IMG/VR virus record: IMGVR_UViG_3300011339_000112
Location: 1 to 29,408 of that record
Origin: a virus
Taxonomy: Duplodnaviria > Caudoviricetes
Reading direction: 5' to 3' (one strand)
DNA: 29,408 nucleotides
The position numbers and the translations under genes were made by a program. The notes under the pieces were generated by a model. The model was not told the DNA's origin. It ran no database searches and worked only from the letters and a program-made list of their open reading frames with translations. Every line of letters begins with the position of its first letter. Within the stretch, counting starts at the first letter, position 1. Positions 18,665-25,586 of this stretch are shown here, in pieces.

Positions 18665-19125
18665 TTTAATGATACAGCTACTGATGTTGTGCTACTCTTA
18701 GCAGGCGGGTAAACTCTTGTAACTTCGCCAGTAACTCCGTTAATGATGTCAAGTCCTTGATGTGGTACTTTCTTTAAAAAGTCCTCCATATCCTTTTTGC
18801 GTTTAGCTGCATCGTTATAATCGCTCATTATCTCTTCATACGCAGGGCTTTCACACTTGGAGTAGTCATACTTCACTCCGACCTCACGAACGTTAAATTT
18901 AGCACTCATATACTCGAATTCCTTGCCATTCTGTACGGCTGCATTAAGCACTGCGTCTTTATAGTCCTTGCTATTCTTTAGGGTTTCAAGCATATCCTCT
19001 AAGGCTTTAACCTGGAGATGCGTTTTTAACGGGTCAAGTTCCCCATTGTTTAAGCGTTCAATTAACTGGTGCGTAAACTCCACCCTTTGTTCTTTTGTTG
19101 TTTCAAAGATTTGTTGTAGTTCCAT
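18661..19125 (-). CDS. Conserved hypothetical phage protein (154 aa)
   Basis: Long clean ORF with an A-rich start; GVKYDYSKC and VTGEV...PPAKSS motifs. Confidence 0.75.
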   Translation of the reverse strand: MELQQIFETTKEQRVEFTHQLIERLNNGELDPLKTHLQVKALEDMLETLKNSKDYKDAVLNAAVQNGKEFEYMSAKFNVREVGVKYDYSKCESPAYEEIMSDYNDAAKRKKDMEDFLKKVPHQGLDIINGVTGEVTRVYPPAKSSTTSVAVSLK

Positions 19126-19130
19126 TGTGT

Positions 19131-19340
19131 TTATTTCAGGTTAAAAAATTCTGGATAGTTAAACAATTCAAATTTACCATTTTGTTTTAACTTATTTAAT
19201 TTTCTCCATAAATACATATAAGATATTTTACAATCTCTGCTTAACTTACTTATATTTTTATTGTGATTATAGTAAGCTTTTAAAAGGTCTATTTCAAACC
19301 AATGCATACCATTAATTATATCTTTTATATCTGTATTCAT
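19131..19340 (-). CDS. Stand-alone HTH protein paralogous to the C-terminus of the phage sigma-like factor
   Basis: HWFEIDLLKAYYNHNKNISKLSRDCKISYMYLWRKL aligns with HWFSSDLLRLYAINHNCNAKELSRVTGIPYMTIHRVL of ORF 25804-26280. Confidence 0.75.
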   Translation of the reverse strand: MNTDIKDIINGMHWFEIDLLKAYYNHNKNISKLSRDCKISYMYLWRKLNKLKQNGKFELFNYPEFFNLK

Positions 19341-19526
19341 ATTGTTTCGGGTTTATCGTTTGCTAATGTTATCCAAAAGAAAAAGAAAAAAATTGTTATT
19401 GCCCATTTATATGCCTCAATAGGTTCATTATATCTAAAGTGGCTTGTTGCGTATGCACCCAACATAAATATTTGTAAATAGGACATTGCTATAAAAAATA
19501 TTCGTTTCATATTGTTTCTGGTTTAT
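19336..19526. repeat. 21-bp direct repeat flanking a small gene
   Basis: TTCATATTGTTTC(G/T)GGTTTAT at 19336-19356 and 19506-19526, 1 mismatch. Confidence 0.9.
19337..19510 (-). CDS. Small two-TM membrane protein (57 aa)
   Basis: Not in the ORF track. MKRIFFIAMSYLQIFMLGAYATSHFRYNEPIEAYKWAITIFFFFFWITLANDKPETI, with ATGA overlaps at both ends. Confidence 0.7.
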   Translation of the reverse strand: MKRIFFIAMSYLQIFMLGAYATSHFRYNEPIEAYKWAITIFFFFFWITLANDKPETI

Positions 19527-19719
19527 AGTTATCAATATCAAAGTAGCCTACCTTAAAGCTATTCGGCTCACGTCTTAATCTGCGCTTGGCAGGTTCGTAG
19601 CCTTTCTCTTTGCAGTACGTTAGTATCTCTAAATAAGTAGCATCAATGTTAGACATCATAATACTAATTGGTTCTGTTGCGTAGTACTTGTCTATGTATT
19701 CTTTGCTTAGTTGTGTCAT
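19507..19719 (-). CDS. Hypothetical protein (70 aa, possibly HTH-like)
   Basis: ORF with a TAAACAC pre-start motif, a basic patch (KRRLRR) and a KPETI C-terminus. Confidence 0.65.
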   Translation of the reverse strand: MTQLSKEYIDKYYATEPISIMMSNIDATYLEILTYCKEKGYEPAKRRLRREPNSFKVGYFDIDNYKPETI

Positions 19720-19798
19720 AGTGTTTAATTGTGTAGTCAGTTAAAGCTGCCATTACAAAGCCTGTTGCAATTAGCATTAGACATATAGCGTAAATCAT
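19664..19798 (-). CDS. Small membrane peptide (44 aa)
   Basis: Not in the ORF track. MIYAICLMLIATGFVMAALTDYTIKHYDTTKQRIHRQVLRNRTN, ATGA-coupled to the upstream ORF. Confidence 0.5.
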   Translation of the reverse strand: MIYAICLMLIATGFVMAALTDYTIKHYDTTKQRIHRQVLRNRTN

Positions 19799-19881
19799 TT
19801 TGAGTAGATGTCTTGAAGTTGTCCAATAAGGTAACAAGCTACTAAAAATACTGCTAAAAGTTGTGCGGTTTCTTTTTTCAT
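19795..19881 (-). CDS. Small membrane peptide (28 aa)
   Basis: Not in the ORF track. MKKETAQLLAVFLVACYLIGQLQDIYSK, preceded by AACTAAACACA. Confidence 0.55.
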   Translation of the reverse strand: MKKETAQLLAVFLVACYLIGQLQDIYSK

Positions 19882-19937
19882 TGTGTTTAGTTTAAAGGTT
19901 AAAATTGTGCGTTGAATAGTCGCACCCCTATTTTGTT

Positions 19938-20090
19938 TTAATTAAGCTTAGATAACTTTTCTTTAATTTCTTTGTAATCTAACTTTGCTAACGGTTCTGC
20001 TTCTTGTTGTGTAAGATTGTACTTACTCATTAAGAATAAGAGCCTTTCAAGAAATGGGTTTCCGTTCCAATTTAGTTTTGTGATTTCCAT
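19938..20090 (-). CDS. Small hypothetical protein (50 aa), first gene after the promoter
   Basis: Not in the ORF track. MEITKLNWNGNPFLERLLFLMSKYNLTQQEAEPLAKLDYKEIKEKLSKLN, with A-rich leader AACTAAACACAAAACAA. Confidence 0.65.
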   Translation of the reverse strand: MEITKLNWNGNPFLERLLFLMSKYNLTQQEAEPLAKLDYKEIKEKLSKLN

Positions 20091-20131
20091 TTGTTTTGTG
20101 TTTAGTTAATAAATAAAGATCTAATATAAAA

Positions 20132-20162
20132 CGAATATACAAATTATTAACATAGCAACAAA
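20132..20162 (-). promoter_or_regulatory. Bacteroidota primary-sigma promoter
   Basis: TTTG-N19-TATATTCG, one mismatch to TAnnTTTG; upstream of the small-gene cluster. Confidence 0.6.
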
Positions 20163-20170
20163 GTAAATTG

Positions 20171-20234
20171 TGATGAACGGGCATATAAAATGATGACCGG
20201 CGATTTGTAAATTTTATTTGCAACAATGTTGCAA
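20171..20234. promoter_or_regulatory. Candidate operator array
   Basis: TGATGAACGG at 20171 and TGATGACCGG at 20191 (20-bp period), plus the palindrome TTGCAACA-A-TGTTGCAA at 20218-20234. Confidence 0.5.
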
Positions 20235-21401
20235 TTATAGGAAAGCGTATCTACCAGTGCCACGCTTTAAGCTGAAGTTCTGCCAAGCTAAAGCAAGGGC
20301 CATAACTGCGTCATCGTGATAGCCTGAAGGTGCTGAGTACTTAACTCCCGTTGCTCCGTATTGATACTCAAAGATTTCGAGTTCTTGACTGATAATGCCG
20401 TCAGGGTAACCGATCTTGCCTTGATGTATAGCTGATTGCAGACCTTCCATTAGTTGCTGCTTACTTGTAGACGTGAACTTTAAGCCTTGTATATTAACGC
20501 CTTCTCTTTGTAAATCTTCTAAGATAGGGTCTCCGACTCCCGTACTATCGACAAGAATAGGACTTTTAGGTAGCCTTATGATGTTCTGTTTAGTGTTATG
20601 CCAGTCCATTTGAAAGCGATCAAAATAAGCTACGTTCCCGTTTTCGTCTAAGCCTACTATGACAGTCCAATCGACCGACTTCGCTAAGTCAATACCAAAA
20701 GCTACGACAGGCATCGTACTTACTGGGTGTATACAGTTGCGAATGTACTGAGTCCCGAATGGATTAGCTGCGTTCTCGGCAGGGTTTGCCATATACTCTT
20801 GCTCAAATACAACTTCAGGCAGTTGCTTACGGGCATCGTCTATTTCTTGTGGGTCTATGTAAGGGTTATCGTATGTAGTGAATTTAAAGCTTTGCCAATT
20901 AGGTTCTGCTTTACTAAACAAGCTATAAAAATAGTTCTTACCTCGTGGTGTCGATAAGAATATAGCACGACCTTTGTAGTCAGTCAGTGTCGGTCTTATC
21001 GAGTTAAGCCAACCGTCTTCTAAGTTAGGTATAAAAGAAGCTTCGTCTATTACTGCTAAGTGAAACTTCAGACCACGCAGATTGTCTAACCTTTCACCTG
21101 TAAAGAAGCGAATAGAACCGCCAGTTATGAAGTTAATAACTAAGTCGCTTTCATTCTTGCTGTATATCTCTAATGGCAGTAGATCTACTATTTCTTTAAA
21201 GAATATCTTGCCAAGCTGATAAGTCGGAGTTATATAAGCTACACGCTTTTTATTGACCGCAGTATCTATGCTGATAGTTTGACTAATAAGCGACTTACCA
21301 AATCTACGACCTGCCATCATAACTATAAATCGACTATCGCAATCTAATACTTGCTTTTGTGCAGGGTGTGGCTTATGTAATCGTAGACCTATCGTTTGCA
21401 T
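20235..21401 (-). CDS. terL: Terminase large subunit
   Basis: Walker A AGRRFGKS, Walker B AVIDEA and STP coupling motif; nuclease motifs GIDLA, DSTGVG and HDDAVMA. Confidence 0.95.
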   Translation of the reverse strand: MQTIGLRLHKPHPAQKQVLDCDSRFIVMMAGRRFGKSLISQTISIDTAVNKKRVAYITPTYQLGKIFFKEIVDLLPLEIYSKNESDLVINFITGGSIRFFTGERLDNLRGLKFHLAVIDEASFIPNLEDGWLNSIRPTLTDYKGRAIFLSTPRGKNYFYSLFSKAEPNWQSFKFTTYDNPYIDPQEIDDARKQLPEVVFEQEYMANPAENAANPFGTQYIRNCIHPVSTMPVVAFGIDLAKSVDWTVIVGLDENGNVAYFDRFQMDWHNTKQNIIRLPKSPILVDSTGVGDPILEDLQREGVNIQGLKFTSTSKQQLMEGLQSAIHQGKIGYPDGIISQELEIFEYQYGATGVKYSAPSGYHDDAVMALALAWQNFSLKRGTGRYAFL

Positions 21402-21811
21402 TATCTATCGTAAGTAATTTTAATCTCACTCACTTCGTGTTTGTTCTCGCTCTTTTCAACTAAGCTATTCAAACGCTGCGTGATGCTTGGATTGTAAACT
21501 CCTGCCATGCCACCTTCGATTTGGTCTTGCCTAATTGTTTTTCTAATACGCGAACAGATACTACGAAAATCTTCGTAAGCATTATCTGTGTTAGCAAAAT
21601 ATCTGTCAATATTGCTCACAACCCCTTGATTATAACAGTAATTCTCAAAGCCTTCTATTGTCAAAGGTCGTTCTCTTAATCGGTAAACTTCGTCTCCGTC
21701 TTTACCTACAAAGTCGTGTACTTTAATAGGATTGCTCTTAGCATATTCGCAGTACTCTGTAAATAGCTGAAGCATTATTTCAGGTGTTTCTATTGCTTTA
21801 TGTCTACCCAT
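21401..21811 (-). CDS. terS: Terminase small subunit (P22 gp3-like)
   Basis: Immediately upstream of terL; ETPE..., RPLTIEGF and G...G.YNPSI..R patterns. Confidence 0.8.
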   Translation of the reverse strand: MGRHKAIETPEIMLQLFTEYCEYAKSNPIKVHDFVGKDGDEVYRLRERPLTIEGFENYCYNQGVVSNIDRYFANTDNAYEDFRSICSRIRKTIRQDQIEGGMAGVYNPSITQRLNSLVEKSENKHEVSEIKITYDR

Positions 21812-22157
21812 CTATTTTGTTTTTATAGTGTTGGCATATCCTATCCATTACGGAAAGATAATATGTGTTAAAATCTTTGTAACCTTCGTTGTCTTGTTCG
21901 TAGTTTTTGTATAAGATGCCTCGTAGCCTTTGGCTTGGTGTCTTAAAGGTGTCTGGGTCAGCCTTTAGGTTTACTATTACGTCTTGTTCTTCTTTACTAA
22001 AAGGTTCTTCTTTAATAGCAAGATAGCAGAACTGTTGGTTAAGCTGAAACAAGTTAGCTGCATCTTTAGGGCTTAGTTCTTGCGTTGCTAAAGTTAGTTT
22101 TATTGTTTTGTCTTTGCGTGAGGCTATGCTCTCTACTTGGCTTGATAGTAATATCAT
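21804..22157 (-). CDS. Conserved hypothetical protein
   Basis: RKDKTIKL...TQELSP and KTPSQRLRGILY motifs; within the packaging operon. Confidence 0.7.
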   Translation of the reverse strand: MILLSSQVESIASRKDKTIKLTLATQELSPKDAANLFQLNQQFCYLAIKEEPFSKEEQDVIVNLKADPDTFKTPSQRLRGILYKNYEQDNEGYKDFNTYYLSVMDRICQHYKNKIDG

Positions 22158-22375
22158 AATATCCCGTTAATTATGTCGTTGGCTTCGTCTATTGCATCTT
22201 CTTGGTCAATGTAATTGTTTACATCTTCTATGTGCTTATTAATTAAGGTTTCAGCCATTGCGTAAGTATAGTTACCTATTGTGGTCATATCATCTCCATT
22301 AAATCCTGTCTTGCATACGGCTACGAAGTAAGCCTTATGCGTAAGCAATAACCATAGTGCGTTTAACTTTCTCAT
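22154..22375 (-). CDS. Hypothetical protein (73 aa)
   Basis: ATGA-coupled on both sides. Confidence 0.65.
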   Translation of the reverse strand: MRKLNALWLLLTHKAYFVAVCKTGFNGDDMTTIGNYTYAMAETLINKHIEDVNNYIDQEDAIDEANDIINGIL

Positions 22376-22494
22376 CTGCCTTGACCTCTATATTGTTTCG
22401 GTCTTGGATTGTGCTTGTTGTAGGACTTCTTTGCAGAACCTCTTTTGCGCTTTCCAAAGTTTACCTTACTACTATTTTCTTTAATCTTTGCCAT
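22372..22494 (-). CDS. Small highly basic peptide ending in YRGQGR (40 aa)
   Basis: Not in the ORF track. MAKIKENSSKVNFGKRKRGSAKKSYNKHNPRPKQYRGQGR fills the gap and has an ATGA overlap downstream. Confidence 0.7.
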   Translation of the reverse strand: MAKIKENSSKVNFGKRKRGSAKKSYNKHNPRPKQYRGQGR

Positions 22495-22735
22495 AATGCT
22501 TTGCGTGTATGTCTTTTAGAAACTCTTTATATTGTTTTTTGTCTCCGTATTCTATATGGCACTTTCTACACAACCCCATAAGGTTTTCTATCACGTCTGC
22601 CGTTTTGCTGCCACCCATTCCCCTTGCATTTATGTGGTGAATGTCTACCGCTTGTGAGCCACACACTTCGCAAGGAATGAAGTCCGTTTTTTTATACCCC
22701 ATTCCCTGCAAATATATCTGTGTGTGTTTTTTCAT
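22481..22735 (-). CDS. HNH endonuclease (terminase-associated)
   Basis: CEVCG...DIHH...ENLMGLCRKCH. Confidence 0.85.
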   Translation of the reverse strand: MKKHTQIYLQGMGYKKTDFIPCEVCGSQAVDIHHINARGMGGSKTADVIENLMGLCRKCHIEYGDKKQYKEFLKDIHAKHYGKD

Positions 22736-22789
22736 ACTTTCCCCATTAAATTTTCCGTTGATTAATAATAAAAAATTTAAGTATGAAAA

Positions 22790-23212
22790 TTAGTTTTTGT
22801 CAATTTCTTTTAGTTTATTAATCGCCCACTCAACCCCACTCGTACCGCCCCAGGCATCCCACATTAAACCGCCACAGCCTTCGCTATAAGGTACGTCTTT
22901 ATGTTGCTGATGTCTTTTGAACGATGCCATTCTTGCTATCGTATCTCTACTAATAGGTTCTCGGTTAGCTAATTGTCTTGCTCGTGCTTTGCCAGTTGCT
23001 TCTCCACAAGAACCCCAACCATTTTTCTCCGCCCATTCAATAGCCCGTTTTGCATTGTTAGTAGCTGACTCTGGGTAGTCCGTATAGCTTTCCGCAAACT
23101 TGCCACCTGCTAATATTGCCTTCCAAACTTGGTTAGCCTTTTCTTCGGTGTCGTAAACACAACCCCCGTTCCCTATTCTATATTTCCCGTTTGAGCATTT
23201 TATTACTGGCAT
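22790..23212 (-). CDS. Conserved phage protein (ESYTDYP...LMWDAWGG domain)
   Basis: Motif-rich domain recognised from head-morphogenesis loci of related phages; preceded by an ATATTTA box. Confidence 0.65.
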   Translation of the reverse strand: MPVIKCSNGKYRIGNGGCVYDTEEKANQVWKAILAGGKFAESYTDYPESATNNAKRAIEWAEKNGWGSCGEATGKARARQLANREPISRDTIARMASFKRHQQHKDVPYSEGCGGLMWDAWGGTSGVEWAINKLKEIDKN

Positions 23213-24198
23213 AGTTTACTATAAATATACTTTCGGTCGGAATTTATTGCCTCGAAGTTATAATTCTTTTGGCAGAACTCAAAAAGCTTTTGTCCGCTTT
23301 CCTTACGCATAGCCTCGTCGCTTACTAAATCTTTAATATGTTTATACCAATCCTTTTGACTTTTGACATAGTGAACTGGCATATCAAGGTACGGATTGAC
23401 GTGGCTAACTACCGCAGGGTTCTTTTTAGCTGCCGTTTCTAATACCTTTAAGTTTGACTTCATAGCATTAAATCTGCTATCTACTAAAGGAATAATCGAA
23501 ATATCGCTATCTGTATAGCTGCCCATATATTCTGTAATTCTTGCGTAGTTATATATAGTAGGGTTAAGCTTTAGCCCACAAGTGAAAGCATCTATCATTT
23601 TATCCCATACAGGTTTCTCCCCGTCGTTATATCCTGCTATCACAGTTCTTATATTCATACCTTGTAAACGCTTAAAAGGTTGCCTTAATAGTTCAAGGTC
23701 TTTTTCGTGCGTTCCGCTACCGCTCCAGAATAACCTTACCTTATAATCTTCTGTCTTGTTATCCGTAAACTGCTCCTGCCCGTAAGGTAATGCGTTGGGT
23801 AGTATGTGTACGTTCTTATTGTACTTGCTTATTTCGTCTGCTAACCTATCGTGCGTACAAGTGCAAAGGTCAGCTATCTGCATATAACTTATGATTTGCG
23901 AAGGTATGTCTTGCATCATATAACGCTGATACAACAAATGGCTTGGCTCTAAGTTCCAATAGTCATCGTTATCGACTACTAACTTAAACCCGTACTTAGT
24001 TCTCCAGGTGTCCATTTGCGTTGCGGATATTTCGTTTAACATTCTATTCATTAAAACAATATCCCAACCTTGCTCTAATAACTCGTCATTAAGTACGTCA
24101 GTAATAAGTGCGTAGTCCTTTTGCATATGTACTATTGGCATCATAATGCGATGCAATCCAACCCCACTGTTGGCTGATGTTATGCAAAGTATTCGCAT
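23203..24198 (-). CDS. Glycosyltransferase, GT-B fold (GT4-like)
   Basis: SGVGLHR...P, DNDDYW, WSGSGTHEKDL and DISIIPL...FNAMKSNLKVLE motifs. Confidence 0.85.
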   Translation of the reverse strand: MRILCITSANSGVGLHRIMMPIVHMQKDYALITDVLNDELLEQGWDIVLMNRMLNEISATQMDTWRTKYGFKLVVDNDDYWNLEPSHLLYQRYMMQDIPSQIISYMQIADLCTCTHDRLADEISKYNKNVHILPNALPYGQEQFTDNKTEDYKVRLFWSGSGTHEKDLELLRQPFKRLQGMNIRTVIAGYNDGEKPVWDKMIDAFTCGLKLNPTIYNYARITEYMGSYTDSDISIIPLVDSRFNAMKSNLKVLETAAKKNPAVVSHVNPYLDMPVHYVKSQKDWYKHIKDLVSDEAMRKESGQKLFEFCQKNYNFEAINSDRKYIYSKLCQ

Positions 24199-24863
24199 CT
24201 TATATTTTTTTGATTATGATAAATGTCTTGGTATTTATCCCATACGCTTTGCGCCCTTGCTAAACTTTCGTCTTTCATTCTACGATAGTCCGTGCCGTTG
24301 CCTACATCGTGTCCTATATGTTCCGACCTCATATCTGGAAGGTAGTAATTAGTAAAGCCTGTTATTGTTGCACGTTCTCCGTAATCTCTATCCTGCATTC
24401 CGTAAGGGTCATAGGCTTCATTGTAACCGCCAACCTTGTCTATAAGTTCCCGAGTAATAAAGTTATCGCCAAAAGGTGTGTGCGTTTTATGAACCCCGTC
24501 TACAATCGGTGGCAAGTCCTCTACACAATGTATTCCAATAATGCCCGTTTTTGACACACGTTGAGAAAACATAACCCAATTTTGCAGCCAATTGGTTGGT
24601 AATAAAATATCATTAGCTAACAAACAAACCGCATCGTAATTCTCGGTCATTCTTAACCCTGCATTAACTCCTGCTGCTATACCTCTCTTTTCTTTTGAAT
24701 AATTATAATCTTTAAAAGGATAATCAAATAACCTTAGCGTGTCGCTTCCGTTATCTATTAAGAAGCAGTCCGCATCGTAACCTGAGTTATAGAAGTTATG
24801 ATTAATTACACGCTGCGTTAAGTCGTGTCTGTTTTGTGTTAGTAATAAAATTGCTACTTTCAT
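24180..24863 (-). CDS. Glycosyltransferase, GT-A fold (GT2-like)
   Basis: LIDNGSD, GIAAGVNAG, LLAND and GGYNE...YGMQDRDY motifs. Confidence 0.85.
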   Translation of the reverse strand: MKVAILLLTQNRHDLTQRVINHNFYNSGYDADCFLIDNGSDTLRLFDYPFKDYNYSKEKRGIAAGVNAGLRMTENYDAVCLLANDILLPTNWLQNWVMFSQRVSKTGIIGIHCVEDLPPIVDGVHKTHTPFGDNFITRELIDKVGGYNEAYDPYGMQDRDYGERATITGFTNYYLPDMRSEHIGHDVGNGTDYRRMKDESLARAQSVWDKYQDIYHNQKNIRCEYFA

Positions 24864-25342
24864 TATCTTATGTTTGAGCCTATTTCCCTTGCTGGTACTC
24901 CTGCATATTTAGTATTTGCTTTTGCATCGCCTTTAACAAAGGCACTTGCACCTATCATACAATTTTCTCCTACGTTTGCAAACTGATGCAGAACTGCGTT
25001 AAGTCCTATATTAGCACCATTGTCAATAATAGAATGACCGCCTATTTTAGCACCGCAACTTATTGTTACATTGTCTAAGATTGTGCAGTCGTGTCCAATG
25101 TGTGCGTGTTTCATTATAAAACAACCATTACCAATAAAAGTATCTATCTCTGTACCTGCATCAATAGTTACAAGACCTGTGATAACATTGTTATCGCCTA
25201 TGTATACTTTGCCTTTTTCTTTTTGCCAAAACTTTTTATGTTCTGCTTTGTCGCCTATAATACAATAAGCACCAATGTAGTTGCCGTCTCCGATAATTAC
25301 GTTATCGCCAATGATAGCGGTGGGGTGGATAAAATTAGCCAT
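24863..25342 (-). CDS. LpxA-like left-handed beta-helix acyl/acetyltransferase (159 aa)
   Basis: Hexapeptide repeats; IHPTAII, AHIGHD, GGH and HQF match LpxA motifs. Start moved to the ATG at 25342. Confidence 0.85.
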   Translation of the reverse strand: MANFIHPTAIIGDNVIIGDGNYIGAYCIIGDKAEHKKFWQKEKGKVYIGDNNVITGLVTIDAGTEIDTFIGNGCFIMKHAHIGHDCTILDNVTISCGAKIGGHSIIDNGANIGLNAVLHQFANVGENCMIGASAFVKGDAKANTKYAGVPAREIGSNIR

Positions 25343-25586
25343 TCTTTTTATTTTTAGGTTTAGGTTGTGCATCGTACCATTCATACAAACGTTTAATCAT
25401 ATCGAAGATACAATGACTGCACCATACTGTTAATATGAAATCTTCGCTCATATACTTGCGGTAGATATGCTCATACATTTTTAGTATGTCTAAATCTATG
25501 TTTCTAACATATCCATTCTGCACCATTTCGTAGTTAGGTCTGTGCAGATCTAAATAATTGCGATGTTCTATTTCCATAAGTTCCAC
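25335..25586 (-). CDS. Small CxxC protein
   Basis: WCSHCI motif; overlaps both neighbouring genes. Confidence 0.65.
   Translation of the reverse strand: MELMEIEHRNYLDLHRPNYEMVQNGYVRNIDLDILKMYEHIYRKYMSEDFILTVWCSHCIFDMIKRLYEWYDAQPKPKNKKNG

Noticed and set aside
19336-20234. CRISPR mini-array or att site
   Set aside because: Each repeat has only two copies, there is no repeat-spacer periodicity, and there is no cas or integrase gene.
22391-22401. TATTGTTTCGG matching part of the 19.3 kb repeat
   Set aside because: An 11-bp match in a different reading context is likely chance.
25343-25384. N-terminal 14 aa of the track's 173-aa acyltransferase ORF
   Set aside because: It overlaps the upstream gene, and the LpxA-like sequence starts at MANFIHPTA (ATG at 25342).
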